Made by a program: the position numbers and the translations under genes. Shown here piece after piece: positions 1 through 8,781 of a DNA stretch of 64,000 nucleotides (the stretch's first letter is position 1; every line of letters begins with the position of its first letter). The notes under the pieces are model-generated. The model ran no database searches and was not told where the DNA came from. It saw only the letters and a list, made by a program, of their open reading frames with translations. Source of the DNA: an uncultured Nitrospinota bacterium (GTDB lineage Bacteria > Tectomicrobia > Entotheonellia > J063 > CAVPRW01); contig CAVPRW010000017.1 of NCBI GenBank assembly GCA_963707985.1, positions 128,001-192,000 on the forward strand, written 5' to 3'.

Positions 1-37
1 TATGGATGGCCGAGGACCACGGATCGAGGAGATAATT

Positions 38-268
38 ATGCCAACCGTTACCATCGAAGAAGCGCAGACGAAATTGCTCGAACTGATTCACGCTCTGCTC
101 CATGGCGAGGAACTGGTCATCACCGAGAAGAATCAACCCATCGCCACGCTGAGCCGCAGTCCTCGGACTTCCTGGCCGTGTCAACCTGGAAGCGCCAAAG
201 GTAAGAACCACTGGATGGCGGAAGATTTTGATGCACCATTAGACGACTTCAAAGAATATACAGCATGA
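38..268 (+). CDS. Type II antitoxin, Phd/YefM-like with C-terminal DUF2281-like tail
   Basis: MPTVTIEEAQTKLLELI...GEELVIT...PIATL and C-terminal GSAKG..WMAEDFDAPLDDFKEY; GAGGAG RBS; ATGA overlap with the PIN toxin gene. Confidence 0.85.
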   Translation: MPTVTIEEAQTKLLELIHALLHGEELVITEKNQPIATLSRSPRTSWPCQPGSAKGKNHWMAEDFDAPLDDFKEYTA

Positions 269-651
269 AACTGCTCTTGGATGCGCATACATTTCTATGG
301 TTTGTTTGGGATGACGCGCAACTGACGAATAACGCTAAAGAGTTGATCACAAACCCTACGAATCAGAAATTCGTCAGTGCGGCGATTTATTGGGAGATTG
401 CGATTAAGGTGAGCATCGGCAAACTCGATCTGGGTGAGCCGTACCGGGCTTTTATGCGCCTCGAGATTGCTCGGAACAACTGTGATATCCTACCCATAAG
501 CGTAGACCATGCGGCTGCGGTTTCAGTTTTGCCTTTTCATCATCGCGATCCCTTCGACCGCTTGCTCATCGCCCAGGCAATGGTGGGACAGGTGCCAATC
601 GTCAGCGGCGATACCGCATTTGATGCGTACCCAATTACCCGGCTGTGGTAG
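265..651 (+). CDS. vapC: PIN-domain (VapC family) toxin
   Basis: LLLDAHTFLW, WEIAIK and HHRDPFDRLLIAQA motifs. Confidence 0.92.
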   Translation: MKLLLDAHTFLWFVWDDAQLTNNAKELITNPTNQKFVSAAIYWEIAIKVSIGKLDLGEPYRAFMRLEIARNNCDILPISVDHAAAVSVLPFHHRDPFDRLLIAQAMVGQVPIVSGDTAFDAYPITRLW

Positions 652-722
652 TCACTGCTCCGTGGTCGTCGTGAAGGAGACTGGTGCGACCCCGAACAGT
701 TCTGTGACCTGAGGATAGATCA

Positions 723-977
723 ATGAATGCTACAACTGTGAAAGAGGCAAAGAAACATTTGGATCGTCTAATTGAACAGGTCAATGCTGATGCGGAGCCA
801 ACTATCATCTGTGGTGATCGAGGCCAGAAAGCTGTACTCCTCTCCCTCGAAGAATTCAATTCCTGGCAAGAGACCTTGTATTTGCTCTCCAATCCAGCAA
901 ATGCCGAACACCTATGCCAATCCATTGCCGAAGCCAAGGCTGGCAAGAGTCTGGAGAGAGAGTTAATAAACCCATGA
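723..977 (+). CDS. yefM: YefM/Phd family antitoxin
   Basis: AVLLSLEEFNSWQETLYLLSNPANAEHL is the typical YefM signature. Confidence 0.9.
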   Translation: MNATTVKEAKKHLDRLIEQVNADAEPTIICGDRGQKAVLLSLEEFNSWQETLYLLSNPANAEHLCQSIAEAKAGKSLERELINP

Positions 978-1084
978 AGGTCGTGTTTACCGAGTCTGCC
1001 TGGCAGGATTATCTCTGGTTTCAGGAGCAGAGTCGGCAGCTGTTGAAGCGCATCAACGATACCTTTGCGATGTCTCCCTTGTGA
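974..1084 (+). pseudogene. yoeB: Truncated Txe/YoeB toxin (36 codons)
   Basis: ATGA overlap with yefM; my translation MKVVFTESAWQDYLWFQEQSRQLLKRIND then diverges and stops, lacking the GKPEPL/WSRRI half. Confidence 0.8.
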
Positions 1085-1143
1085 GTTCAAGGGGTGTCGT
1101 TTTCTGCGGGGTCCCAGGCACAACGACTCCTGGAGAAGGAACA

Positions 1144-3777
1144 ATGGAGCAGGGACAAGTAGGCGTTGTCACGAACTATCTGTTCCAACTGGTCGCCAAG
1201 CAAGTCGAAGACCATCGACTGGTGGTCTGGTATGATCCAGAAGGGGCCTATACTGCCGCGGCCGCGGCATTCGAGCTCCCTAACACGACGGTGGCGCGCT
1301 ACGACGGTAGCTTCTTCCAGCTCCGATATGACATAGACTTATTATTGAACGATGCGCAACCCCCTCGGTTGGTCGTCTATGTGCCAGAGGATCGAGAGAA
1401 GACTGACCATGCCCTTATCGAGTTGGAAGTAGCGGGCATAGTCATGCAGCCTGGCCAACAGCCCCCTATCCGAAACACCCGACTGGCCATTGTCGCCCGC
1501 AACGCTCTGAAATCGATCCTTGGCGACGAAACGGCTGCCGAGATCGAGAAACAGGTCGACGCCGGGAAGTTGTCGCTCGCCGACCTCAATGCCCTGGCGG
1601 ACAAAGGCAAGGATATTTCGACGGGTGTGCTGTCCCTGATCTTTGGCACGTCTCACCCTCAAGAAGTCGCTCTGGCGTTTCTCAACAGCGACACGTTCGA
1701 CCAAGACATCGATCAAAAGTCGGCGCGGCAGCAACTGATTGGCCTGCTTCGGAACGCTTTCGAGATCGACCTGCCTGAATCAGCACCACTAGCCGAAGTA
1801 CGTCAACGCCTGGCCCGTCATGTTTTGCTGACCGAGTTTCTTGCGGGTCTAGGTGAGGGCGCTCCATCATCCTTGGGGGCGATCAAGATTGCTTCAGCAT
1901 CACCTACCAGAGAAGCCTGCATCAGCCTTGCACATGCCTGGCGACTGCGCCGGGACGTGCGCGACAGCTATGTAGCCACCGCCAAGCAAGTCGAGCAAAC
2001 GCTTGGTCCATCGTCTTTTGTCATTGGTCCTTCGTTGTTGGAAACAAAGGACAACGGGCGAAGGACGATTGACCACCTCGAGACTTTCCTTGCTATCGAG
2101 CGGGCGTTGATGCGGCATGTTGACCATGCTCTGCTACAGTCCGCCGATGCGGCACTACTGGAGGTGGCCGAGTCCAGCCTCTCCCGTTTTTGGTCGGACG
2201 TGATACCCGCCATTCAGGCGCATTGGGCGTTGATTGCTGCCGCCGCCGAAGTCCTACTCCAGGCCGATCGGGTAGCCAAGGCGCTGAGGAAGGCTCCGTC
2301 AACAGTTCCGGCGCTCATCCGTGCATATGCGGAAGGGGAGGCACCATGGTGCCTCCTCGACACCGCTCACCGACATATGGAAAGCCGGTGGTATGCGTTC
2401 GAACCGGAGCCGGGTGCAGACTATGGCAGTCTCGATCAACTCATCGTGAAGGCCGAGCAACGCTATGCGGAGGTTGGGTCAGAGCTGGCGAAGCATTTTA
2501 CCCGCACGTTTGAGAAGGCGAAGCACCCCCAGAAGGATATTCTGTACCAGCGCGATGTGTTCGCGACGCAGGTGAAACCAAGGCTGGACCACGGCAAAAC
2601 CGCTTATGTCTGGGTCGATGCCCTACGGTTCGAGATGGCCCGAGAACTGTGCCACGTCCTTCAGGACGATTTCGAGCTGACGCTGCAACCAGCGTTGGGC
2701 ACGATCCCGACGATCACGGAAATCGGCATGGCGGCGTTGCTACCAAAGGCCGGCGAATCGGCCAAGGTGGTTGCCGTTGGCGGCGGAAAGCTTGGGCTGG
2801 AAATCGACGGCACCATTATCAAGGACCGTAAGGACCGCATTGCCTTCCTGAAGGCCCATGCGGGGGTGTCGGTCTTTGACGCCAAGCTTGACGACCTGCT
2901 GCCCAAGCCGTCGAAGAAGATTCGTGATGGCATCAAGCAGGCCCAACTGGTGCTGATCACGTCGCAAGAGATCGATGAGCTCTGCGAGCAAGACAATATC
3001 GCGCAGGCCCGCCGCCAGATGGACGGTGTCTTGCACGACCTACGGCGGGGAGTCCGCGTCCTGGGGGAACTGGGCATCACCTCGATCATTCTGGCCGCCG
3101 ACCATGGCCACCTCTTTGCCGACGAGATTGGCGAGGACATGAAGATTGATGCCCCAGGTGGCGACACCGCTGACCTGCATCGGCGTGTCTGGGTCGGTAT
3201 CGGTGGGACCGCGGAGCCGTCGTACTTGCGGACGTCGCTGGCCTCCTTTGGTGTCGACAGTGCACTCGATATCGCGACACCGTGGACATTTGCCTGCTTC
3301 AAAGCCAAAGGGGGAGCGCGGGCCTACTTCCACGGCGGTCTATCGCCGCAGGAGTTGATCATACCGGTGGTGGTCATGACGCCTACCGCCCAAGCCCTGG
3401 CCGGACCGCCAACCAGTATCGACTGGACGCTGACGCCCGGGACGCCCAAACTGACCACACGTTTCTTCTCCGTGCAGATCAGCGGCGTGGGATCTAGGTT
3501 ATTTGCGGTACAACCACCGAAGGTCCGTGTCGAAATTCACGTCAAAGGTACCTGTGTCTCGCAGCCGGTCAGTGCTTCATACGGCTTCGAGGATGCGACC
3601 GGCGAGGTGCATCTGAGAGTCCTGGCGGATGATACCAAAGTGATTGATCCGAACACTGTGACCGTGATGTTGGTCGACGAGATCGCCGAGAAGGCCGTGA
3701 GGGTACATCTCCTTGACGCCACCAGTGGCGCAGAACTGGCGCGTCTTGACAGGATCGAGGTGGCCCTTGCCTTCTGA
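1144..3777 (+). CDS. pglZ: BREX PglZ-domain (alkaline phosphatase superfamily) protein
   Basis: VWYDPEG, VDALRFEMA, PTITEIGMAALLP, ADHGH and YFHGGLSPQE motifs; directly upstream of brxL; GGAGAAGG RBS before ATG 1144. Confidence 0.9.
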   Translation: MEQGQVGVVTNYLFQLVAKQVEDHRLVVWYDPEGAYTAAAAAFELPNTTVARYDGSFFQLRYDIDLLLNDAQPPRLVVYVPEDREKTDHALIELEVAGIVMQPGQQPPIRNTRLAIVARNALKSILGDETAAEIEKQVDAGKLSLADLNALADKGKDISTGVLSLIFGTSHPQEVALAFLNSDTFDQDIDQKSARQQLIGLLRNAFEIDLPESAPLAEVRQRLARHVLLTEFLAGLGEGAPSSLGAIKIASASPTREACISLAHAWRLRRDVRDSYVATAKQVEQTLGPSSFVIGPSLLETKDNGRRTIDHLETFLAIERALMRHVDHALLQSADAALLEVAESSLSRFWSDVIPAIQAHWALIAAAAEVLLQADRVAKALRKAPSTVPALIRAYAEGEAPWCLLDTAHRHMESRWYAFEPEPGADYGSLDQLIVKAEQRYAEVGSELAKHFTRTFEKAKHPQKDILYQRDVFATQVKPRLDHGKTAYVWVDALRFEMARELCHVLQDDFELTLQPALGTIPTITEIGMAALLPKAGESAKVVAVGGGKLGLEIDGTIIKDRKDRIAFLKAHAGVSVFDAKLDDLLPKPSKKIRDGIKQAQLVLITSQEIDELCEQDNIAQARRQMDGVLHDLRRGVRVLGELGITSIILAADHGHLFADEIGEDMKIDAPGGDTADLHRRVWVGIGGTAEPSYLRTSLASFGVDSALDIATPWTFACFKAKGGARAYFHGGLSPQELIIPVVVMTPTAQALAGPPTSIDWTLTPGTPKLTTRFFSVQISGVGSRLFAVQPPKVRVEIHVKGTCVSQPVSASYGFEDATGEVHLRVLADDTKVIDPNTVTVMLVDEIAEKAVRVHLLDATSGAELARLDRIEVALAF
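2004..2075. repeat. Heptamer-built imperfect palindrome (72 nt) inserted in frame in pglZ
   Basis: Left arm TGGTCCA TCGTCTT TTGTCAT TGGTCCT TCGTT; right arm AACAAAGGACAACGGGCGAAGGACGATTGACCA is its imperfect reverse complement; encodes GPSSFVIGPSLLETKDNGRRTIDH. Confidence 0.7.
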
Positions 3778-5317
3778 AAATAATTCCAACGTAGAACTAG
3801 AGCGGAAAGTCACGTCCATTTTTGCGGGGAAAGTGGTCCGCAAAGATTTGGTCCGCAAGGTCAAGGTTGGGGCGAATGTGCCGGTCTTCGTGCTGGAGTA
3901 CCTGCTAGGCAAGTACTGCGCCACCGACGATGCTGCGGCCCTTGAGGCTGGCCTGCGTGGGACAGGCAAAAGCTACGCCTATCAGGAATTGTCTCCCTAT
4001 ACGATCCTGCTTACTGGACCGACGACGGTGGCCAATCTCTTCTACAATATGGCCACGAATAAGATGGGCCTGGTCGGTATCTGGGATGCCATCGCCTTCG
4101 ACGAGGTGGCTGATCTTCAGAAGATGCCCAAAGAGGTCATCACCACGCTCAAAACCTATGGTGAGTCGGGCAGCTTCGCCCGGGGCAAAGAGTCACTATC
4201 TGGCATGGCCTCCATGGCGATGTTTGGCAATACCAACCAGCCCGTTGAGGTCATGGTGCGCTCGTCACACCTGTTCCTACCCATGCCCGATCCCATGCCC
4301 GATGTGATCCGCGAGGACATGGCGTTCTTCGACCGCATCCATTTTTATCTGCCTGGTTGGGAGATTCCCAAGATGCGGGTGGAGTTCTTCACCGAGCATT
4401 ACGGCTTTGTGGTGGACTATTTGGCGGAGGCGCTACGGGAACTGCGGAAGCACAATCACACTGAACTCCTTGACCGCTACTTTTCTCTGGGGTCTCACCT
4501 GAACGCCCGTGACGTGAAGGCCGTCCGCAAGACGGTCTCGGGGTTGGTCAAGCTCCTTTACCCGCACGGCGAGGTGTCGAAGGAAGAGCTGGCGGAATTG
4601 GTGGAGATGGCCATCGAGGGGCGTCGGCGGGTCAAAGAGCAACTCAAGAAGATGGGCTCTTTCGAGTACCACCAGACCTCGTTCTCATATCTCGATCGCG
4701 AAACCCTAGAAGAACGCTTTGTTGGCGTGCCGGAACAAGGGAGTCGAGATATGATCTCACCCGATCCCCTTGCTCCGGGGTCAGTGTATACCGCGGCTGT
4801 CGATGGCCAGGGGAAGGTGGGCCTCTACCGTCTTGAAGTGGGCTGTGCTCCAGGAACCGGCAAGCTCAGGATCGCTGGCGGTGTTGACGGGCCGATGAAG
4901 GAATCACTGCAGAGGGCCTTCGCCTATATGATGGGGCACAAAGTCGCCATGGGCATCGGTCAACAGATCGATACGACCGATTTCCACGTCGAAGCCATCG
5001 ACCTGCTGAGCAACCATGTGCCGTGCGAAGCCGGCGTTGCCCTCGTCATCGCCATCTATTCCGCGCTCAAAAAGCACTCCGTCCTGCCGGGACTCGTGAT
5101 CCTGGGCGATCTCAGCATCCAGGGCAACATCAAATCCGTGCGTGTGCTGACTGAGCCCTTACAGATCGGCATGGACAACGGCGCACGTCGAGCGCTGATT
5201 CCGCTGGAGAACAAACGTCACTTCCTGGAAGTCGCAGGGGACATCGTGGAGCGAGTCGACCCCATCTTCTTCTCGGACCCTATGACGGCGGCGATGAAGG
5301 CATTGGGCATGACGTAA
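3713..5317 (+). CDS. brxL: BREX Lon-like AAA+ protein BrxL with a large in-frame internal deletion and no clear start codon (possibly a pseudogene)
   Basis: FAGKVVRKDL..ANVPVFVLEYLLGKYC N-terminus, GTGKS, AFDEVA, DRIHFYLPGWE, EGRRRVKEQLKK, Lon-like C-terminal domain. Confidence 0.88.
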   Translation: MTPPVAQNWRVLTGSRWPLPSENNSNVELERKVTSIFAGKVVRKDLVRKVKVGANVPVFVLEYLLGKYCATDDAAALEAGLRGTGKSYAYQELSPYTILLTGPTTVANLFYNMATNKMGLVGIWDAIAFDEVADLQKMPKEVITTLKTYGESGSFARGKESLSGMASMAMFGNTNQPVEVMVRSSHLFLPMPDPMPDVIREDMAFFDRIHFYLPGWEIPKMRVEFFTEHYGFVVDYLAEALRELRKHNHTELLDRYFSLGSHLNARDVKAVRKTVSGLVKLLYPHGEVSKEELAELVEMAIEGRRRVKEQLKKMGSFEYHQTSFSYLDRETLEERFVGVPEQGSRDMISPDPLAPGSVYTAAVDGQGKVGLYRLEVGCAPGTGKLRIAGGVDGPMKESLQRAFAYMMGHKVAMGIGQQIDTTDFHVEAIDLLSNHVPCEAGVALVIAIYSALKKHSVLPGLVILGDLSIQGNIKSVRVLTEPLQIGMDNGARRALIPLENKRHFLEVAGDIVERVDPIFFSDPMTAAMKALGMT

Positions 5318-5582
5318 GAGCGATCATGCTCTTTTCATTCTGACATTGGATGCATAAGCGAAGACTCCACCAATCAAATGAGGCTTTGCCGTTAACACGA
5401 TCTGGACGTGCCCGGCGTAAAGTCCCGCAGAGTACGTCCTAGTCATCCTTGCTACATCCCCGGCAGCGCCTTCCGGGTCATTCGCTGACACGACCACGAT
5501 GCGTGCCTATGTGCTGCATCGGCGTCCACATGGCGGCGGCGTTGCCGGCAGTTCGAAAGTCGTCTCAGGGGAAGGAGATCCT

Positions 5583-5924
5583 ATGTACGCCATTTTCGTG
5601 ACCATCAAAATCAAGCCGGGGTTTGCGGACAGGTTCAAGGAAGCGAGTCTTGGCGATGGCCAGGGTTCGGTGCGTGATGAACCTGGCTGCCTACGCTTCG
5701 ACCTGCACCAGAGTCTGTCGGATGCCAATACCTTCCACTTGTACGAGGTGTATGAGAATCAGGACGCTCATCTGAATGCCCACCGCAGTGCCCCACACTA
5801 TCTCAAGTGGCGCGAGACGGTGCAGGACTGGTTCGATGGCGAGCCGCAGCGCTTGGCGATGACGACCGTGTTTCCCTCAGATGACGGCTGGAGGAAGCAG
5901 AAGCCCCATCTGCTGAACTGGTAA
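5583..5924 (+). CDS. ABM/LsrG-family putative monooxygenase or isomerase
   Basis: SVRDEPGCLRFDL, FHLYEVY, AHRSAPHYLKWR; AAGGAG RBS. Confidence 0.85.
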   Translation: MYAIFVTIKIKPGFADRFKEASLGDGQGSVRDEPGCLRFDLHQSLSDANTFHLYEVYENQDAHLNAHRSAPHYLKWRETVQDWFDGEPQRLAMTTVFPSDDGWRKQKPHLLNW

Positions 5925-6116
5925 TTGCGATCCCTGCGGTTGTGCTGCACGCGGTCGTCAGGGTTTCTGCGGTGGTTGGCAGCGGAGCGTGGGAGGGGCG
6001 ACGCAGCCGTCGCTCCTCTGGAGTCCAAAACCACCAATGTGATCACTTTCGTATGTGGAAGTTGAGGTCGTCTGACGATAGCGGGGCGCTTGTTAGAAGG
6101 AAATGTATCGGCCTCA

Positions 6117-6467
6117 TCATTCGTGGGCTTGGGTCTCTTCCGGAGGACCTTCAGGCATCCCAGCGTCGATCCAGGTGACGATCTCATCGATCTCTGCGCT
6201 CGAAAGAAAGGGGCCTTGCAGCGGCATTTTCCCGAACCCCCCGACGCCACGCACCAGGGACCTTACCAGATGCGTTTGCCTGCCAGGGACGCCAGGTTGG
6301 ATGGCGCGCATCCCTGACAGCACAGCGTTGGCAAGCTGCTGGGGCGTTTCCCAGTAATACTCGTGGATGCCCGGATACGGTTCACGTCCCCACCGCGCAA
6401 TCCAGCGCTCCATGATGCCGTCCAGGATAGCTTTGACCCTGGGCCAGTATACTGGTGTCTCTGGCAT
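6117..6467 (-). CDS. Hypothetical protein ending in a cytochrome-c-like MP..L..EI..WI..G motif, without CxxCH
   Basis: NLVRSL-like THLVRSL, then KMPLQGPFLSSAEIDEIVTWIDAGMP; GAGGG RBS. Confidence 0.6.
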   Translation of the reverse strand: MPETPVYWPRVKAILDGIMERWIARWGREPYPGIHEYYWETPQQLANAVLSGMRAIQPGVPGRQTHLVRSLVRGVGGFGKMPLQGPFLSSAEIDEIVTWIDAGMPEGPPEETQAHE

Positions 6468-6661
6468 CTGACCCTCATGCATGGCCCTATCTCCAAGATG
6501 ATGGTTGCAGCGTCAATATCCACCGACTAGCGCGGCATGGCCAGTTCGCATCGAAAACCTGAGCGCGCGCGTTAGCACTACCCAACTGCGGAATGGGGTG
6601 CTCCTAGCGGGGGTTTCCTGCCTCTGGCGAAAAGCTCATGGTCTCCAACTGTGGGCTTCCC

Positions 6662-7420
6662 TCACACCTCGTGGGTCTTGAGTTGCTCCAGATACTGTTG
6701 GAATCGCTCGATGGCTCGCTGCTCCGGCACGCCGAGGAAGTAGCGTATCCCCTGCGTATACTCCAAGATATCACGGGGATGCATCAGCACATCGGGCCGC
6801 CCTTCGGCGGCACGAAACAGACCATCGGCCCAGTCTTGCATCCCAGTGTAAAGCGCGTCTTCCAAGGCAGTCACCTCTTTGCGGTCCAGCACTTTGCGGA
6901 CGACCCAGCGTGCGAACACAAAGGGCAGGCCAGTCCACTGAGCCCATTCCTCGCCCAGGTCGTAGGTATGAGGGAAGTCCCAGACGCCGTATCGCTGGCG
7001 CAACCCCTCGCTGCCGATGAGGAGGAAGGCGTCGGAGGCATCTTCAGGCGTCACGTATGCTGCTGGCTGTACGTGATGTTTGAGAGTCAGGAGGACCTTC
7101 AACAGTAGAGCAGAGGTGGCAGCCTCACCAGGGATGCCGATCTGAGCACCGGTCAGTTCATGGATGGGTCGTTTCGAGTGCAAGGCTACACTGCTGGTCC
7201 TACGAATGGTCGCCAGGCAAAACCCTGAGAGGAACCGAGATTGCTCGTCCAGGCGAAAACAATCCACCAGGGGCATCGGTCCGGCGTCGATCTCACCCCG
7301 GGTCACCGCTCCAGCCAGCTCACTGGGTACCATGTCGTACAAATCCATCCCACGGCGCTTCATCTCAAAGTAGAAGGGCTCGCAGCTGAGATAAGGAATG
7401 CGAGCAACTTTCAGTGCCAT
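6662..7420 (-). CDS. MqnA/MqnD-family (chorismate dehydratase-like) protein
   Basis: RIPYLSCEPFY, ATSALLLKVL, DLGEEWAQWTGLPFVFARW. Confidence 0.8.
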   Translation of the reverse strand: MALKVARIPYLSCEPFYFEMKRRGMDLYDMVPSELAGAVTRGEIDAGPMPLVDCFRLDEQSRFLSGFCLATIRRTSSVALHSKRPIHELTGAQIGIPGEAATSALLLKVLLTLKHHVQPAAYVTPEDASDAFLLIGSEGLRQRYGVWDFPHTYDLGEEWAQWTGLPFVFARWVVRKVLDRKEVTALEDALYTGMQDWADGLFRAAEGRPDVLMHPRDILEYTQGIRYFLGVPEQRAIERFQQYLEQLKTHEV

Positions 7421-7571
7421 GCCCATGCACCTCCGGGACAGCCTTCCATAAGGCGTGCTGAACTGCTTTTCCATCCCTTCTCACTGGGCTGTGAGGATTT
7501 CCTAGCTGGGGAGGAAATTAGCGCGCAGACTTCGTTATGGAATAACGATACCGCTCAAGTGGTTGTACGGA

Positions 7572-7609
7572 CCCCACGCCTGACCCTCCCCCGCAATGGG
7601 GGAGGGAGG
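7572..7609. repeat. REP-like intergenic palindrome
   Basis: CCCACGCCTGACCCTCCCCCGCAATGGGGGAGGG; stem CCCTCCCCC/GGGGGAGGG. Confidence 0.55.
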
Positions 7610-7638
7610 CGTGAAGTCGGAAGTGCCGCACTCAGGGC

Positions 7639-8670
7639 TTAGAGGCGGGGACCAACGAAGGTGGGAGAGAGCTTTTGATACACCTGGACACGGTTGCGGG
7701 CCGATTCCACGACGAAAATCCGGTTCTGGTCATCAACCGCAACACCGGTTGGCCCCCAGAAGTCCTTCTCCCGTTCCAGCCCGTACGCACGCTCGCGCTC
7801 TTGGTACATCTCCGGATTGGCGTCGAGCTTGTCTTTCGCCCACTTGGAGAGGGTCGCATCGCCGGTCTTCTCGGCAATGAAGTCCCCTTCGGGGTCGAAG
7901 ACCTGCAACCGGTTGTTCAGCCAGTCGGCGACATAGATCACGCCATCTTGATCTACGGCAACGCCCGAGGGGCGATTGAATTGCCCTTCACCCGTGCCCG
8001 ACGTGCCAAACTGCATCAAGAAGTTACCGTTGGAGCTGAACTTCTGGATGCGGTCATTCCGCCAATCGGAGACATAGACATCACCGGCGCGATCGACAGC
8101 GATGCCCCATGGCATATTGAACTGGCCTGGGCCGCTGCCAGCAGAACCCCATTTCGCTAGGAACCTGCCATCCTTGGTGAATTTTTGGATGCGGTTATTC
8201 CCGCTGTCCACCACATAGGCGTTGTCATCGGCATCGAAGGCGATACCGGAAGGACGGTTGAGCTCGCCGTCGCCGCTTCCTGGTCGCTCCTGCCACTTGC
8301 TGATGTAATCGCCATCCTTGCCAAAAATCGACACGCGGTTGGTCCACTCATCGGTGACGTACACATTTCCGGCGCGGTCAAAGGCGATGGCGGTCGGCCA
8401 TACCAGCGAGCCGTCATCGAAGTTGAACGCATGTGGTCCCTGGGCTATGACGCCACGAGCAAAGGCCGTGACGTACTCTTCGTCGTCGAGTGTTAACACG
8501 GTGATCCGAGTGCCTTCAGGACGATATTCAGAACCCCGGCACAGCACGTACAGCATGTCACCCTCGCCGCGGGCGACAAAGACCGGCGAGGTAAACCCCG
8601 GTCCGAATTGCTCGCCACGGCCGATGGTGTGGCTATATTTCAAAATAACGGAATTCGCAACGGTCGGCAT
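7639..8670 (-). CDS. NHL-repeat beta-propeller protein (no signal peptide)
   Basis: Repeated FNRPSGVAVD..G.IYVAD..NNRIQ.F units. Confidence 0.9.
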   Translation of the reverse strand: MPTVANSVILKYSHTIGRGEQFGPGFTSPVFVARGEGDMLYVLCRGSEYRPEGTRITVLTLDDEEYVTAFARGVIAQGPHAFNFDDGSLVWPTAIAFDRAGNVYVTDEWTNRVSIFGKDGDYISKWQERPGSGDGELNRPSGIAFDADDNAYVVDSGNNRIQKFTKDGRFLAKWGSAGSGPGQFNMPWGIAVDRAGDVYVSDWRNDRIQKFSSNGNFLMQFGTSGTGEGQFNRPSGVAVDQDGVIYVADWLNNRLQVFDPEGDFIAEKTGDATLSKWAKDKLDANPEMYQERERAYGLEREKDFWGPTGVAVDDQNRIFVVESARNRVQVYQKLSPTFVGPRL

Positions 8671-8781
8671 GTTCGCACCTCACAGCATATGGGTTGACCA
8701 TGACCTGGAGCGCCAACCCCCTACCACAAGCACAGGGATTGGCGCTCGACAATAGCCGTGTCCTATAGGACATCGGCGTGT

